From: Aquiluna sp.
GTDB taxonomy: Bacteria > Actinomycetota > Actinomycetes > Actinomycetales > Microbacteriaceae
Length of the DNA stretch: 50,985 bases
Assembly (NCBI GenBank): GCA_023260495.1
Contig: JALQVB010000001.1
Coordinates: 1 to 50,985, forward strand
Direction: 5' to 3'
Shown piece after piece: positions 19,984 to 31,531 of this stretch. Position numbers and translations under genes: made by a program. The notes under the pieces are model-generated. The model saw only the letters and a list, made by a program, of their open reading frames with translations. It did no database searches and was not told the origin of the DNA. The first letter of the stretch is position 1, and each line of letters begins with the position of its first letter.

Positions 19984-20890
19984 GTTTCACTCCTGGGTCC
20001 TGACCGCGGAACCAAGCTACGGCCCCCATGGGCTTCTTGCCGGCGGGTTGCACCTCCACCAGCTCTAATCTGGTCCCATTGGCGCAGCAAGCCAGCAGCC
20101 TGCCTTGGCTGAGCTCTAGCTCACCTGGTGCCAAATCCGACCCACCAAGTCCGTCCCAATTTGTTGAGCCGAGCGATCTGCTGCGCAGCACACGCATGGG
20201 TTCTCCAGAGATCTCACACCATGCCATTGGTTCTGGATTGAAAGCCATTACCTTGCGGTGATTGAAATCGGCCTCATCTTCAAAGTTGAGCCTGGAGTCC
20301 TGTCTCGAAATCTTGGGTGCAAAGGTTGCCTCGCCCTTCTGGGCACGAGCTTCAGGCATGGTTTCCAACACCTCGAGCAGTCTGACTATCCCCGCCTGGG
20401 TCACTATTGGTAAGAGCTCGCCTGCTGTCTGGTCAGGCTCGTATGCCATGGCCTCGGTAGCGAGGATTGGGCCGGTGTCCATTCCTTCATCAAGCTCGAA
20501 AATCGTCAGTCCTTGACCGGTACCGAAGAGGATTGAATGCTGCAGCGGAGATGCTCCGCGCCAGTTGGGCAGCAGTGAGTAGTGCAGGTTGAGCCAGCGA
20601 AATAGGTCCAGAGCTGCCCTTGGAATCAGGGCCCCAAAGGCAACGACGACCCCAGCCTCGGCCCCCATCGCGGAAATTTCCTGGACAACCTCATCATCGA
20701 ATTTCCGCATTTTGCGAACCGTGAGACCCAACAGATCGGCCTGCGTTGCCACCGGTGTGGGTGTGAGAACCCGCTTGCGTCCGACAGGGGAATCAGGCAT
20801 GGTGAGCACCAGAACAACCTCGTGATGCTTCGCAACTTCGGCAAGGGCATCAGCCGCCAGCTGCGGCGAACCTGCAAACACTAATTTCAT
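19976..20890 (-). CDS. fmt: Methionyl-tRNA formyltransferase
   Basis: MKLVFAGSP, VVVAFGALIP, NLHYSLLPNWRGASP, GMDTGPI, VQPAGKKPM. Start trimmed to ATG 20890. Confidence 0.95.
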   Translation of the reverse strand: MKLVFAGSPQLAADALAEVAKHHEVVLVLTMPDSPVGRKRVLTPTPVATQADLLGLTVRKMRKFDDEVVQEISAMGAEAGVVVAFGALIPRAALDLFRWLNLHYSLLPNWRGASPLQHSILFGTGQGLTIFELDEGMDTGPILATEAMAYEPDQTAGELLPIVTQAGIVRLLEVLETMPEARAQKGEATFAPKISRQDSRLNFEDEADFNHRKVMAFNPEPMAWCEISGEPMRVLRSRSLGSTNWDGLGGSDLAPGELELSQGRLLACCANGTRLELVEVQPAGKKPMGAVAWFRGQDPGVKLD

Positions 20891-20897
20891 AACGTCC

Positions 20898-22691
20898 CTA
20901 AAGTACTCCGAGGTCATCCATGGCGATCTTTAGTCCGCGCTGTTTACCCGAGCTGGTTTCTCTGGCAGAGGTAGCCAGGGCTACTGCCCTTAGTTCCCGG
21001 GCGACTTCCGGACCCTGCCGGTAAGGAAAGGTAAAAGTGGCTGAGGTATCGGACTGGCTCAGCCGCTGGCACCCTATGTCGCCCAGGACTGACGCGACCT
21101 TCTGCAATGTTGCAGCTTGACCGGTTAGTGTCACGCATCGATTCGCAGGTGGTAATCCCAGTTGTTTGGCTTCACCAAGTGCAGCGCTAGCAAGCTCCCG
21201 GTGCTGCCAAAGCGAGAGAGGTTGACCCAGGTGGGAACCCAGACCGGAGATCACCACCCGTGCCGAAGGGTTCAGCAATTGCATTGCCTCGGTCCAGTCG
21301 CGCAAGGCAAACTGCTCGGCTTGCAGCGATTGCGCCGAGAGCCACACATCTGGATCCAAAATAAGCAAGGCGGAGTACCCCTTGGGAGTCCGCGGTGCGC
21401 TGCCCGGGGTTGCGATGACGATCTGATTCGCTTTTCCCACGCCACTTGGTTTGTGCTCGGCAGTTGCCTCCATCACGACCGAGTTTGGGAACGCCTTGCC
21501 CAGCTCAGCCACAGTTCGACCAGAGGCTTTCCTACCTGGTCTGAAGCTGCGGTGGCTGCAGCTTTGGCAGCTAAGGTGAATCTTGCCGCAGAGTCGACAG
21601 GCAAAGACTCCAGCTTTCGGCTCCCAGATAAATCCCCCGCAGCCGCACCGTTGTCGCTCCCCGCAACTGGCGCACCAAGCTGCAGATGCCATGCCCTTGC
21701 GGGGCAATAGCACCAGTAGTGGACCCTGCTTTAGTGAATCGCGCACCAGTTTGAAGGATGCCTCATCAATCCGCAGGCCGGGCTCCGTGAACGATATCCG
21801 TAACGGACGATCCTCGGCTTCAATCTCCTTGAGGTATCCAATCTCCACCAACCGTTGCAGTTCTAGCGATCTGTAAGGACTCGCAAACAAGACACTGGCC
21901 GTATCCCCCGCGCGAATGAGTGCTAGATCCCGAATCTGGGTGTGGGGCGACCCGACCTCGCGCAGGCTGTCATCCAGATCATCGGCCACAGCAACCAGTC
22001 CAAGCTGAGCAACTGGGGCATAGATGGCGGAGCGGGTGCCGATCACGATTTTGACACGGTCTAACAGCGCGTGAAAGGTCTTGAATCTCTCCGAGCGCTT
22101 AGATCCAGGCAGCATCAGTTCGACATCGATACCCATGGCCTTGGCTGCCTGGTTGAGCATTTCAACGTCGTCGCTCTCTGGCAGCACGATGATTGTCGAC
22201 CTATTCCGTTGAAGCATCTGGTTTGCTCTGCTCAGAAACAATTGACACCAGCGCGGATAGAAGGCGCCGTCAATCTCCGTCTGCCTAGCGGTATCCAGCA
22301 TTACCTCGCGTGTAACCACAATTGGTTCGGCAGGCAAGTTCAGGACTTCAGGTATCTCAACTTTGACCCTTGGCATGTGGTCTGGAATGGCTTGTGCAAG
22401 CAGCTCCCCCAGGGCGACTACTTGCCGATCTGCCACCGCGCGACAGAACTGGTAAACATCACGTCTGAGCACTGGGCGCTCGTCGACAACTGCGGATATC
22501 GGGCTTGCCGCGAACTCACTCTCGGGAATCTCTTCAAGAACGAAGCCCGTGAGTTCCTTTTTGCTGCGCCCAAAGGGAAACCTGACGCGCTGCCCGAAGC
22601 TTAGTTCTGTGTCATTTGGCAGCAGAAAGTGAAAGTCGCGGTCGAGTTGCAACAGTGGCGACTCGACCGCTACAGACACCGCCTTGGGCAT
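20898..22691 (-). CDS. priA: Primosomal protein N' (PriA), degenerate helicase motifs
   Basis: N-terminal GQRVRFPFG 3'-binding-domain motif, IGTRSAIYAP, Cys-rich zinc region, synteny metK-priA-fmt. Confidence 0.88.
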   Translation of the reverse strand: MPKAVSVAVESPLLQLDRDFHFLLPNDTELSFGQRVRFPFGRSKKELTGFVLEEIPESEFAASPISAVVDERPVLRRDVYQFCRAVADRQVVALGELLAQAIPDHMPRVKVEIPEVLNLPAEPIVVTREVMLDTARQTEIDGAFYPRWCQLFLSRANQMLQRNRSTIIVLPESDDVEMLNQAAKAMGIDVELMLPGSKRSERFKTFHALLDRVKIVIGTRSAIYAPVAQLGLVAVADDLDDSLREVGSPHTQIRDLALIRAGDTASVLFASPYRSLELQRLVEIGYLKEIEAEDRPLRISFTEPGLRIDEASFKLVRDSLKQGPLLVLLPRKGMASAAWCASCGERQRCGCGGFIWEPKAGVFACRLCGKIHLSCQSCSHRSFRPGRKASGRTVAELGKAFPNSVVMEATAEHKPSGVGKANQIVIATPGSAPRTPKGYSALLILDPDVWLSAQSLQAEQFALRDWTEAMQLLNPSARVVISGLGSHLGQPLSLWQHRELASAALGEAKQLGLPPANRCVTLTGQAATLQKVASVLGDIGCQRLSQSDTSATFTFPYRQGPEVARELRAVALATSARETSSGKQRGLKIAMDDLGVL

Positions 22692-23879
22692 TTAGTTTCC
22701 TACGGCTTTTGCCAGAGCTTCGGTCCGATCGGTGCGTTCCCAAGTGAACTCTGGAAGTTCGCGTCCAAAGTGCCCGTAGGCCGCGGTCTTAGCGAAAATA
22801 GGTCGGCGCAGGTCTAGCGCTTCGATGATTGCAGCTGGTCGGAGATCGAAGACCTCCTGAATAGCCTGAGCAATCAATTCAGCCTCCACCTTTTCGGTTC
22901 CAAATGTTTCAACATGCAAGGAAACAGGATCGGCCATTCCAATTGCGTAAGCAACCTGAACCTCGGCCCGATCTGCCAGTCCAGCCGCCACGACATTCTT
23001 GGCTACCCAGCGCATGGCATAGGCTGCCGACCGGTCAACTTTCGACGGGTCTTTGCCGCTGAAGGCGCCGCCGCCGTGCCGCGCCATACCGCCGTAGGTG
23101 TCGACAATAATCTTTCTTCCGGTCAGCCCGGCATCACCCTTCGGCCCACCGATTACGAATCGACCACTTGGGTTCACAATGAACTTGGTTTCGTCGTGCT
23201 TCAAATTTGACTGCGCAAGAACTGGGCGAATGACTTTGGACAGAACTATGTCGGCTACCTGCTCCTGGCTCAGTTCTGCGTGGTGCTGAGTGGAGAGGAC
23301 CACTGTGCTGACGGCGACCGGTGTGTTTCCGTCGTAGTCAATACTCACCTGGGTTTTACCATCCGGCCCCAGAAGGCCCGGCTCAATCTCGCGCCTAACC
23401 TGCGCAAGCCGCTCGGACATTGCGTGCGCCAGCGAGATTGGTGCCGGCATGAGGGTTGGAGTCTCATTGGTGGCGTAGCCAAACATCATTCCCTGGTCAC
23501 CAGCTCCAATTTGGGCATTCGACCTGGTGCTTTGGCCGCGGTGCTCCAGAGCAACGTTCACACCACTTGCGATGTCTGGGGATTGCGCTCCGATGGAGAC
23601 CATCACGCCGCAGGAATTGCCATCAAATCCGATTTCGCTACTGGTGTAGCCAATGTCTACCAGCTTCTGGCGGACGAGGTGGGGTATTTCAACGTAGCCC
23701 TCTGTGGTGACCTCGCCAACGATGTGGACGAGTCCAGTGGTGACTACAGATTCGACTGCAACCCGGGCCGCTGGATCTTGTTCCAGCATTGCATCCAAGA
23801 TTGTGTCGGAGATTTGGTCACAAACCTTGTCAGGGTGACCTTCGGTAACTGATTCAGAAGTAAATGTGCGTAGCGTCAT
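22692..23879 (-). CDS. metK: S-adenosylmethionine synthetase
   Basis: [46 protein letters not shown]. Confidence 0.98.
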   Translation of the reverse strand: MTLRTFTSESVTEGHPDKVCDQISDTILDAMLEQDPAARVAVESVVTTGLVHIVGEVTTEGYVEIPHLVRQKLVDIGYTSSEIGFDGNSCGVMVSIGAQSPDIASGVNVALEHRGQSTRSNAQIGAGDQGMMFGYATNETPTLMPAPISLAHAMSERLAQVRREIEPGLLGPDGKTQVSIDYDGNTPVAVSTVVLSTQHHAELSQEQVADIVLSKVIRPVLAQSNLKHDETKFIVNPSGRFVIGGPKGDAGLTGRKIIVDTYGGMARHGGGAFSGKDPSKVDRSAAYAMRWVAKNVVAAGLADRAEVQVAYAIGMADPVSLHVETFGTEKVEAELIAQAIQEVFDLRPAAIIEALDLRRPIFAKTAAYGHFGRELPEFTWERTDRTEALAKAVGN

Positions 23880-23891
23880 GCTGCAAATCTA

Positions 23892-25040
23892 CTAGGCGCC
23901 CTCGACAATTTCATTGGCGATTGCGTCGACAATCAATTTTGCGATCGCATCTTTGGAACCAGTAACTGGCTCGCTGGTCTCATCGTTGACTAGCAGTACC
24001 GAGCTCTTGCTGCTGCCAAGCGCCTTAACGGTGTTCCCCACAACTAATTGGACACCCTTGTCCCAAAGCTTTTGACGTGCTATTTCTTCTAAATCAGCAG
24101 CTTCGTCTGCGAGGGCGAAGGCAACGCCAAATACCCCCGGGTGCCGAGCCATGTAGTTGGCAATCAGATCCTTGGTGGGAACCAGCTCTAAGTTGACCCC
24201 TTGGGATCGGCTCATTTTGCCACGGTGCGGGTTGGCGACTCTAAAGTCGCTCACGGCAGCAGCCATCACAATGGCATCCGCCTCTTGGTCCATAGCCTGT
24301 TCGAGCTCGTCCACGCTGGAGACCGCTATCAGCTCCACGCCAGCCGGAGCGGGTACCTCAAGATTTGCCCCGACCAGTCGCACCGACGCTCCCTGCGCAG
24401 CTGCTTCCCGAGCTATTTCAACTCCCATACGTCCTGATGAACTGTTGCCAATAAATCGCACCGCATCTATAGGCTCACGGGTTCCCCCGGCCGTCACGAT
24501 TATTGACTTCCCAGACAGTGCCCCGGCGGCGAAGACGAACTTCACTATGTCTTCAACCTCGGGCAGACGACCTGGTCCGGTATCTGCCCCGGTGAGCCGG
24601 CCGGTTGCCGGCTCCATGACTCTGATACCCCGCTGCTTTAGCAGCGCCACATTCGACTGTGTCGCGGGGTTCTGCCACATCTCGGTGTGCATTGCCGGAG
24701 CGACCACAACTTCGGCCTTGGAGGCCAGAATCGCATTCATCAAAAGGTCGTCGGCTAAACCACCGGCGAGCCTTCCGATAAAAGAGGCGGTCGCTGGGGC
24801 TACCAAGATTAGATCGGCCTGCTGTCCCAGTTCGACGTGCTTGACTGATGCGACGTCATGAAACAGATCAATGTCTATGGATTTACCAGAAAGGGCCTCA
24901 AGGGTGGGTTTTCCAATAAAGCGCAGAGCATTCTCGGTGGGCAAAACGGTCACATCGTGACCAAGTTCGCGGAGTGCTCTGACTAGGCCAGTGGCCTTGT
25001 AAGCAGCTATTCCGCCGGTGATGCCGAGCAGAACGCGCAA
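23892..25040 (-). CDS. coaBC: Phosphopantothenoylcysteine decarboxylase/synthetase
   Basis: GITGGIAAYK, APATA, PAMHTEMW, TAGGTREPIDAVRFIGNSSSGRMG, AAVSDF. Confidence 0.97.
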   Translation of the reverse strand: MRVLLGITGGIAAYKATGLVRALRELGHDVTVLPTENALRFIGKPTLEALSGKSIDIDLFHDVASVKHVELGQQADLILVAPATASFIGRLAGGLADDLLMNAILASKAEVVVAPAMHTEMWQNPATQSNVALLKQRGIRVMEPATGRLTGADTGPGRLPEVEDIVKFVFAAGALSGKSIIVTAGGTREPIDAVRFIGNSSSGRMGVEIAREAAAQGASVRLVGANLEVPAPAGVELIAVSSVDELEQAMDQEADAIVMAAAVSDFRVANPHRGKMSRSQGVNLELVPTKDLIANYMARHPGVFGVAFALADEAADLEEIARQKLWDKGVQLVVGNTVKALGSSKSSVLLVNDETSEPVTGSKDAIAKLIVDAIANEIVEGA

Positions 25041-25046
25041 TTGGAA

Positions 25047-25301
25047 CTACTTGTCAGTCGACTTCTTGACCAGCTTGCCCTGGTGAATCTCGTGCAGGGC
25101 GATAGATAGCGGCTTGTCATCGATTGCAGAATCGACCAGCGGTCCAACGTAGTTGAAAAGGCTTCCCTCGTGCAGAGCCGAGTAGTACTCGTTGATCTGA
25201 CGCGCCCGCTTGGAGGCGAAAATTACCAACTCATAGTTGGATTCAACCTTCTCCAGAAGCTCGTCGATAGGTGGGGCTGTGATTCCCTGTGACTCAGTCA
25301 T
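25047..25301 (-). CDS. rpoZ: RNA polymerase omega subunit
   Basis: [34 protein letters not shown]. Confidence 0.96.
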   Translation of the reverse strand: MTESQGITAPPIDELLEKVESNYELVIFASKRARQINEYYSALHEGSLFNYVGPLVDSAIDDKPLSIALHEIHQGKLVKKSTDK

Positions 25302-25858
25302 GATCCTCTTTCATGCTCTCGCACCAGCCCAACGATCTCCGCTGCCGTTTGGGCAACCGAGTCGTTCACAAGCTGATGTTGAAACTCTCCCGCGGCAGCA
25401 ATCTCGTGCCGCGCCGTAGCCAGTCTAGTTTGAATTTGCTCTTCTGTCTCGGTTCCTCTGCCTCGGAGCCTAGCTTCAAGCTCCTCCCAGCCTGGTGGAA
25501 GCAAGAAAACTTGCACCTGGTCAACGTGTTTACCGGCGACCTGTCGCGCCCCCTGCAGGTCAATTTCCAAAATCAAGTGCTTTTGCGCTGTCTTGGCCCG
25601 ATCGATCTCAGCACGCGGTGTTCCGTAGTAGTGATTGCCATGCACCTGAGCCCACTCAAGCAGTTCACCCTGCTCCAGCATTATTTCAAACTCGGGCTTA
25701 GAGACGAAGTGATAGTGCTCGCCGTTGACCTCGCCAGGGCGGGGATCACGGGTGGTGGCGGAAACCGACAGCATGAAGTCCGGCTCACTGTCCAGAATGC
25801 GCCGCACCACCGTTCCTTTCCCCACACCCGCTGGCCCAACCAGCACCAGCAGTGTCAC
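25298..25858 (-). CDS. gmk: Guanylate kinase
   Basis: [10 protein letters not shown]-loop, [32 protein letters not shown]. Confidence 0.97.
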   Translation of the reverse strand: MTLLVLVGPAGVGKGTVVRRILDSEPDFMLSVSATTRDPRPGEVNGEHYHFVSKPEFEIMLEQGELLEWAQVHGNHYYGTPRAEIDRAKTAQKHLILEIDLQGARQVAGKHVDQVQVFLLPPGWEELEARLRGRGTETEEQIQTRLATARHEIAAAGEFQHQLVNDSVAQTAAEIVGLVREHERGS

Positions 25859-26661
25859 AGTTCAGCCTTCAGCTTCTCGATTTGATTCACGATTTCACCA
25901 ACGCCACCACTCACCACGCTTCTGGAAACATTGGCAAGAACTCGCTGGCTACTGGCACCAAATATCTCACCCAGCTGAGAAAGCTTCGCTCCCTGGGCTC
26001 CAAATCCTGGAGCCAAGATTGGAAGCTGGATGTCGCGCTCTCGAATCTCCTCGATACCAAACTCGGCTAGGTTTACCGTCGCCCCAACAACGATGCCAAC
26101 GTCGCCAGCCGAATGCTCCGCGGCAAACCTGAGTACTCGGTCAGAAACTGTCCTGCCATTTCCCTTAGCCTGCTGAAGCTGCTTAGCCTCCGGATTCGAG
26201 GTGGCGGCCAAAATGAAAACACCTGCCTTGACATCCCGGGCTGCTTCAATCGTGTCGCTGAGTGAGCTTGGCCCCAAGTAGGGCGAAAGCGTTAGGGCAT
26301 CCGAGCGCAATGGGGAGTCATCGCCAAACCAAGCCTGGGCGTAGCCCTGCATTGTGGAACCAATGTCGCCGCGCTTGGCATCAGCAATCACTAGAAGGTT
26401 GGCCTCTCGAGCTGCCTCCATGATGTCTTCTAGGGCAAGGTAACCGGCAGAACCGAAGCGTTCAAAGAATGCGACCTGCGGCTTGATGATTCCAATTCGC
26501 TCCTCACAGGCGGCAATGATTTCATAGCCAAAATCCCTCGCCGATTGCGCGGTGTCGTTCATCCCCCAGTCCGCAAGAGTGCTTTCGGACGGATCAATTC
26601 CAACCACCAGCTGGCCGAAGCTTTCAACAGCGGCCTGCAGTCGGTTGGTGTATCTATCCAC
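25855..26661 (-). CDS. pyrF: Orotidine-5'-phosphate decarboxylase
   Basis: [41 protein letters not shown]. Confidence 0.96.
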   Translation of the reverse strand: MDRYTNRLQAAVESFGQLVVGIDPSESTLADWGMNDTAQSARDFGYEIIAACEERIGIIKPQVAFFERFGSAGYLALEDIMEAAREANLLVIADAKRGDIGSTMQGYAQAWFGDDSPLRSDALTLSPYLGPSSLSDTIEAARDVKAGVFILAATSNPEAKQLQQAKGNGRTVSDRVLRFAAEHSAGDVGIVVGATVNLAEFGIEEIRERDIQLPILAPGFGAQGAKLSQLGEIFGASSQRVLANVSRSVVSGGVGEIVNQIEKLKAEL

Positions 26662-29600
26662 GAACTAGTCCCTTGCGATCTGCCGCATGTTGCTGCAATG
26701 ACTTTACCTCGAAGCGTCCCTCGCGAACTGCCTCAAACGAGCCGATGGCGGCACTCAGTTGGGCTACGGTGGTGAAGATTGGCTTGTCGGCTGCCGTGGT
26801 TGCGGCGCGAATCTCATAGCCATCACTTCGAGCGTCGGCTCCCGAGGGGGTGTTCACTACGACATCCACCTCGCCAGCGGCAATTTGGTCAACAATCGAG
26901 CGCTCCCCTTCCTTTGCCGAGGAGTGCTTAATAACCGGCTCTGCGCTAATGCCATGCCGCTGCAGCATCTTGGCTGTCCCGGCGGTCGCCAGAATTCGAT
27001 AGCCAAGCTGGGCGAGCCGGCGCACTGGAAGCACAATTTGCGGCTTGTCCCTGTCGGCGACTGACACGAAAACAGCTCCAGCCTGCGGCAGGGCGGAACC
27101 GGCGCCAGCCTGGCTCTTGGCGAAAGCTACCGGGAAGTTTTCATCGATTCCCATAACCTCTCCGGTGGAGCGCATCTCGGGTCCTAGCAGGCTGTCCACG
27201 TAGGCACCCTCCTTGGTGGCAAAGCGCTTGAACGGCAGCACGGCCTCCTTGACAGAGATCGGGGTGCCGGCAGGCAGCGCAGTGCCATCTTCCTCAGGCA
27301 ATAATCCCTGAGAAATCAGCTCCGGGATACTGCTGCCAGCCATCACAAGCGAGGCTGCCTTGGCGAGCTGGATACCAAGTGCCTTGGAAACAAACGGAAC
27401 CGTTCTGGACGCTCTGGGGTTCGCCTCGAGCACATAGAGAACATCGGAGGCCAAGGCGAACTGGACGTTGATAAGCCCGCGCACACCCAGACCCTTGGCA
27501 ATGGCCTCGGTCGCGGTGGCAACGCGCTGAACCTGAGCGTCGCTCAGGGTTATCGGTGGCAGCGTGCAGCTGGAGTCACCCGAGTGGATCCCGGCTTCCT
27601 CAATGTGCTCCATGACACCGCCGACATAAATCTGCTCGCCATCGTAGATGGCGTCAATGTCGATTTCGATTGCATCGTCGAGGAAGTGGTCAACCAGTAG
27701 CGGATGTGAATCATCGACCAGTGCATGCTCTGCAATTCGCTCAAAATAGTCACGCAGAGAATTCTCGTCATAAACAATTTCCATGCCGCGACCACCGAGC
27801 ACGAAGCTTGGTCTAACCAGCACTGGGTAACCGATACGGCGTGCAATTGTCACCGCCTCATCCTCGTTGACAGCGGTGCCGTTGGCCGGAGCAATAAGTC
27901 CGGCTTCATCCAGGATTTGCTGGAATTGGCCGCGCTCCTCAGCGAGTTCGATCGACTCGGGGCTCGTGCCGAGAATAGTTACCCCGGCTGCCTTCAGTCC
28001 CTCAGCTAGACCAAGAGCGGTCTGGCCACCGAGCTGCACCATGACCCCGGCAACCTCGCCAGAGTTGCGCTCGGCCTCGATGACCTCGAGCACATCCTCC
28101 AGGGTCAGTGGTTCGAAATAGAGCCGATCTGAGGTGTCGTAGTCGGTAGAAACAGTTTCCGGGTTGCAGTTGATCATGACTGTTTCGTAGCCCGCATCTC
28201 GCAGCGCAAAGGCGGCATGTACGCAGGAGTAGTCAAACTCAACACCCTGGCCGATGCGGTTGGGGCCAGATCCGAGGATGACTATCTTCTTACGATCCGA
28301 GGGCCTTACCTCGGTCTCTAGGTCGTAACTGCTGTAGTGGTACGGGGTGAGCGCTGGAAACTCGCCGGCGCAGGTGTCAACGGTCTTAAAAACCGGCCTA
28401 ACCCCGAGGCTGTAACGCAACGAACGGATTGAGCCCTCATCCGCACCGCGCAGCTCAGCAATTTGAGCATCGCTGAAGCCAAAGGACTTCGCCCGGCGCA
28501 GGCTGTCCGCATCAAGCTCCGCAAGGCCTTGAATCCACATTGCGACCTCGTTGATCAGAACAATCTGGTCAATGAACCAGGGGTCGATCTTGGTGGCATC
28601 AAAAATCTGCTCGGCCGTTGCTCCAAGTCGCAGCGCCTGCTGCAGCTGCACGATTCGCTTTTCAGTCGGTGTTTTGATCTCTTCCAGAAGCTGATCAACG
28701 CTTTGGTCAGTATCGCGCCAGTGGAATGAACTGCCCCGCTTTTCCAGAGAGCGAAGCGCCTTCTGGAGCGCCTGGGTGAAGGTGCGGCCGATGGCCATGG
28801 CTTCGCCGACGCTCTTCATTGTTGTGGTCAGAGTTTGGTCGGCAGCTGGGAATTTTTCGAAGGCGAATCTCGGTGCCTTAACAACTATGTAGTCGAGGGT
28901 TGGCTCAAAGCTCGCCGGCGTTACGCCTGTGATGTCGTTGGGGATTTCATCGAGGGTGTAACCAATGGCAAGCTTGGCGGCAATTTTCGCAATTGGGAAT
29001 CCGGTGGCCTTAGAGGCGAGAGCTGAGCTTCGGGAAACTCGAGGGTTCATCTCAATCACTATGACGCGTCCGTTGGTGGGGTCAACCGCAAACTGAATGT
29101 TGCAGCCACCAGTGTCAACGCCAACATCGCGGATGATCTGAATTCCAATGTCCCGCAGGTTCTGATATTCGCGGTCTGTGAGCGTTAGCGCCGGGGCGAC
29201 CGTGATGGAATCACCGGTGTGAACACCTACGGGATCGAAATTCTCAATGGAACAGACCACCACGGTGTTGTCAGCCTTATCCCGCATGAGCTCAAGCTCA
29301 TACTCCTTCCAGCCGAGGATGGATTCTTCTAGCAAAACCTCGGTGGTCGGTGATGCCTGCAAGCCGGCACCCGCGATGCGGCGCAAGTCAGCTTCGTTGT
29401 AGGCAAATCCTGAACCGAGACCACCCATTGTGAAGCTTGGGCGAACGACCATTGGATAGCCGATTTCACCGGCAATCTCGATGCATTCCTCGATGCTGTG
29501 AGCAATCGCGCTGCGCGCCACATCTGCACCCGCACGAAGAACCAGTTCTTTGAATGCCTGACGGTCTTCACCGGCCTTGATGGCGTCGACGTTGGCTCCG

Positions 29601-29947
29601 ATCAGTTCGACCCCATACTTGTCCAGCGAGCCGCGCTCATAGAGTGCCATGGCGGCATTGAGGGCCGTCTGCCCGCCGAGGGTAGGCAAAATTGCATCGG
29701 GCTTTTCCTTCTCGATAATCGCCTCAATAACCTCTGGAGTGATCGGCTCAACATAGGTGGCATCAGCAAAATCCGGGTCGGTCATGATCGTTGCTGGATT
29801 GGAGTTGATCAGGATGACGCGTACGCCCTCCTGCTGCAACACTCGGCAAGCCTGAGTTCCGGAATAGTCGAACTCGCAGGCCTGACCAATCACGATTGGA
29901 CCGGAACCGATTACCAGAACGGAATTTATATCGTTGCGCTTTGGCAT
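26654..29947 (-). CDS. carB: Carbamoyl-phosphate synthase large subunit
   Basis: [21 protein letters not shown], duplicated ATP-grasp domains, C-terminal MGS domain. Confidence 0.99.
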   Translation of the reverse strand: MPKRNDINSVLVIGSGPIVIGQACEFDYSGTQACRVLQQEGVRVILINSNPATIMTDPDFADATYVEPITPEVIEAIIEKEKPDAILPTLGGQTALNAAMALYERGSLDKYGVELIGANVDAIKAGEDRQAFKELVLRAGADVARSAIAHSIEECIEIAGEIGYPMVVRPSFTMGGLGSGFAYNEADLRRIAGAGLQASPTTEVLLEESILGWKEYELELMRDKADNTVVVCSIENFDPVGVHTGDSITVAPALTLTDREYQNLRDIGIQIIRDVGVDTGGCNIQFAVDPTNGRVIVIEMNPRVSRSSALASKATGFPIAKIAAKLAIGYTLDEIPNDITGVTPASFEPTLDYIVVKAPRFAFEKFPAADQTLTTTMKSVGEAMAIGRTFTQALQKALRSLEKRGSSFHWRDTDQSVDQLLEEIKTPTEKRIVQLQQALRLGATAEQIFDATKIDPWFIDQIVLINEVAMWIQGLAELDADSLRRAKSFGFSDAQIAELRGADEGSIRSLRYSLGVRPVFKTVDTCAGEFPALTPYHYSSYDLETEVRPSDRKKIVILGSGPNRIGQGVEFDYSCVHAAFALRDAGYETVMINCNPETVSTDYDTSDRLYFEPLTLEDVLEVIEAERNSGEVAGVMVQLGGQTALGLAEGLKAAGVTILGTSPESIELAEERGQFQQILDEAGLIAPANGTAVNEDEAVTIARRIGYPVLVRPSFVLGGRGMEIVYDENSLRDYFERIAEHALVDDSHPLLVDHFLDDAIEIDIDAIYDGEQIYVGGVMEHIEEAGIHSGDSSCTLPPITLSDAQVQRVATATEAIAKGLGVRGLINVQFALASDVLYVLEANPRASRTVPFVSKALGIQLAKAASLVMAGSSIPELISQGLLPEEDGTALPAGTPISVKEAVLPFKRFATKEGAYVDSLLGPEMRSTGEVMGIDENFPVAFAKSQAGAGSALPQAGAVFVSVADRDKPQIVLPVRRLAQLGYRILATAGTAKMLQRHGISAEPVIKHSSAKEGERSIVDQIAAGEVDVVVNTPSGADARSDGYEIRAATTAADKPIFTTVAQLSAAIGSFEAVREGRFEVKSLQQHAADRKGLVRG

Positions 29948-31056
29948 TAGCTTCTCTCAATCAGGGCTAGAAATTTGTCGAACAGGTAGTGGCTGTCGTG
30001 GGGGCCAGCCGCCGCCTCAGGGTGATACTGGACCGAAAACGCTGGGATGTCCTGGCACTCAAGTCCCTCCACGACGTTGTCGTTGAGCCCTCGGTGGGAA
30101 ACACGCACCAGTCCAAAGCCCTCTGGGGACTTCGCTTCGTCACCGTCAATCTTGACTGCAAATCCGTGGTTGTGAGCGGTAACCTCGACCCGGCCAGACT
30201 CGGTGTTTTGAACCGGTTGGTTTATGCCCCGGTGTCCAAAGGCGAGCTTGTAGGTCTCGAAACCTAAGGCTCTTCCGAGAAGCTGATTACCAAAGCAGAT
30301 ACCGAAAAACGGCTTGCCCGCACGAAGTAATTCGCGGAGCATTACCACCTGCTGTTCGCTGGCCTGTGGGTCACCTGGTCCGTTGGAAAAGAAGATGCCA
30401 TCGGGGTTGCTGGCCAGAATCGTCTGGGCATCAACGCTGGATGGGAACACCGTAAGTTCAATTCCTCGCTCAGCGAGATGCTCCAGTGTTGACTTCTTTA
30501 TACCTAGGTCCAATATCGCAACCGAGCCCTTGCGCTTACCAACCGGCGGCACTGTATACGCCGCTTCGGTGGTGACGGTTGAGGACAGGAACTGACCAGC
30601 CATCTGGGGCGCAGCCTGCACCTGCTCAAGCATCTGCTCCAAGGTCAGATTTGAACCAGAGAAAACGCCTGCTCGCATGGCACCGGCGTCGCGAATTCGT
30701 AGGGTGATGGCGCGGGTGTCGACCCCGGCTATGCCTACGACGCCCTGCTCCGCCAATTCATCCTGCAGAGTTCGCTCGGCTCGCCAGTTCGAGGGCATGC
30801 GGCTAGGTTCTTTGACGACGTATCCAGCAACCCAGATCCGACCAGACTCCTCATCGCGCTCATTCATGCCGACTATGCCGATGTGCGGTGCCGTCTGGAC
30901 TACGATCTGCCCTGCGTATGACGGGTCGGTGATGGTCTCTTGGTATCCGGTCATGCCGGTTGCAAAGACCAACTCCCCCAGCGTTTGTCCTCGTGCCCCG
31001 AAAGCCTCGCCAACGTAGTGGCTCCCATCTTCCAGAACTAGATAGGCCTTATCCAA
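29947..31056 (-). CDS. carA: Carbamoyl-phosphate synthase small subunit
   Basis: [30 protein letters not shown]. Confidence 0.98.
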   Translation of the reverse strand: MDKAYLVLEDGSHYVGEAFGARGQTLGELVFATGMTGYQETITDPSYAGQIVVQTAPHIGIVGMNERDEESGRIWVAGYVVKEPSRMPSNWRAERTLQDELAEQGVVGIAGVDTRAITLRIRDAGAMRAGVFSGSNLTLEQMLEQVQAAPQMAGQFLSSTVTTEAAYTVPPVGKRKGSVAILDLGIKKSTLEHLAERGIELTVFPSSVDAQTILASNPDGIFFSNGPGDPQASEQQVVMLRELLRAGKPFFGICFGNQLLGRALGFETYKLAFGHRGINQPVQNTESGRVEVTAHNHGFAVKIDGDEAKSPEGFGLVRVSHRGLNDNVVEGLECQDIPAFSVQYHPEAAAGPHDSHYLFDKFLALIERS

Positions 31057-31531
31057 ATCGCTCTCCTGTCAGCTCTTTGATTTGCTTTATGAAATCTCTG
31101 ATGTCCCCAACCACTCGCAAGTTGGTAGAAACCTCTGTGTCACCCAGCATCCAGTGGATGGCAATCAACCCGCCTGGTTCAACGCCCTTGTCAATCGTGG
31201 CTCCCTCGCGGGTGATACCCCGGGCCGATGTCGATGGGATGAAGATGTCTCGCTCCCCCTTGCGTTCGATGGACAGTCCGTCTCCGCTCGCAAATACACG
31301 AGACTTACCCCGAACACCCATCCCGTGGGCCCATACTCGCTCGAGCGGCGCTGAGGAAAAAACAGTTGACACGTAGAGAGCCTCGCCGATTTCAACTCCA
31401 CCCTTCGAGTCTTGCGGAGCTGGAATTCGCGACTCCTGATCGGAACGCAGCGCCCGGTTTGAACGCAGAATTCTGAAGGCAATCACGAACACCAGAAGAA
31501 CTAGCGCAAAACCAATGAGCTCTCGAGTCAT
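31049..31531 (-). CDS. Conserved actinobacterial membrane-anchored protein between pyrC and carA
   Basis: N-terminal TM helix, ALYVSTV...PLERV motif; overlaps both neighbours; position typical of actinobacterial pyr operons. Confidence 0.8.
   Translation of the reverse strand: MTRELIGFALVLLVFVIAFRILRSNRALRSDQESRIPAPQDSKGGVEIGEALYVSTVFSSAPLERVWAHGMGVRGKSRVFASGDGLSIERKGERDIFIPSTSARGITREGATIDKGVEPGGLIAIHWMLGDTEVSTNLRVVGDIRDFIKQIKELTGERFG

Noticed and set aside
23880-23891. SAM riboswitch before metK
   Set aside because: Only 12 bp of spacer; no room for one.
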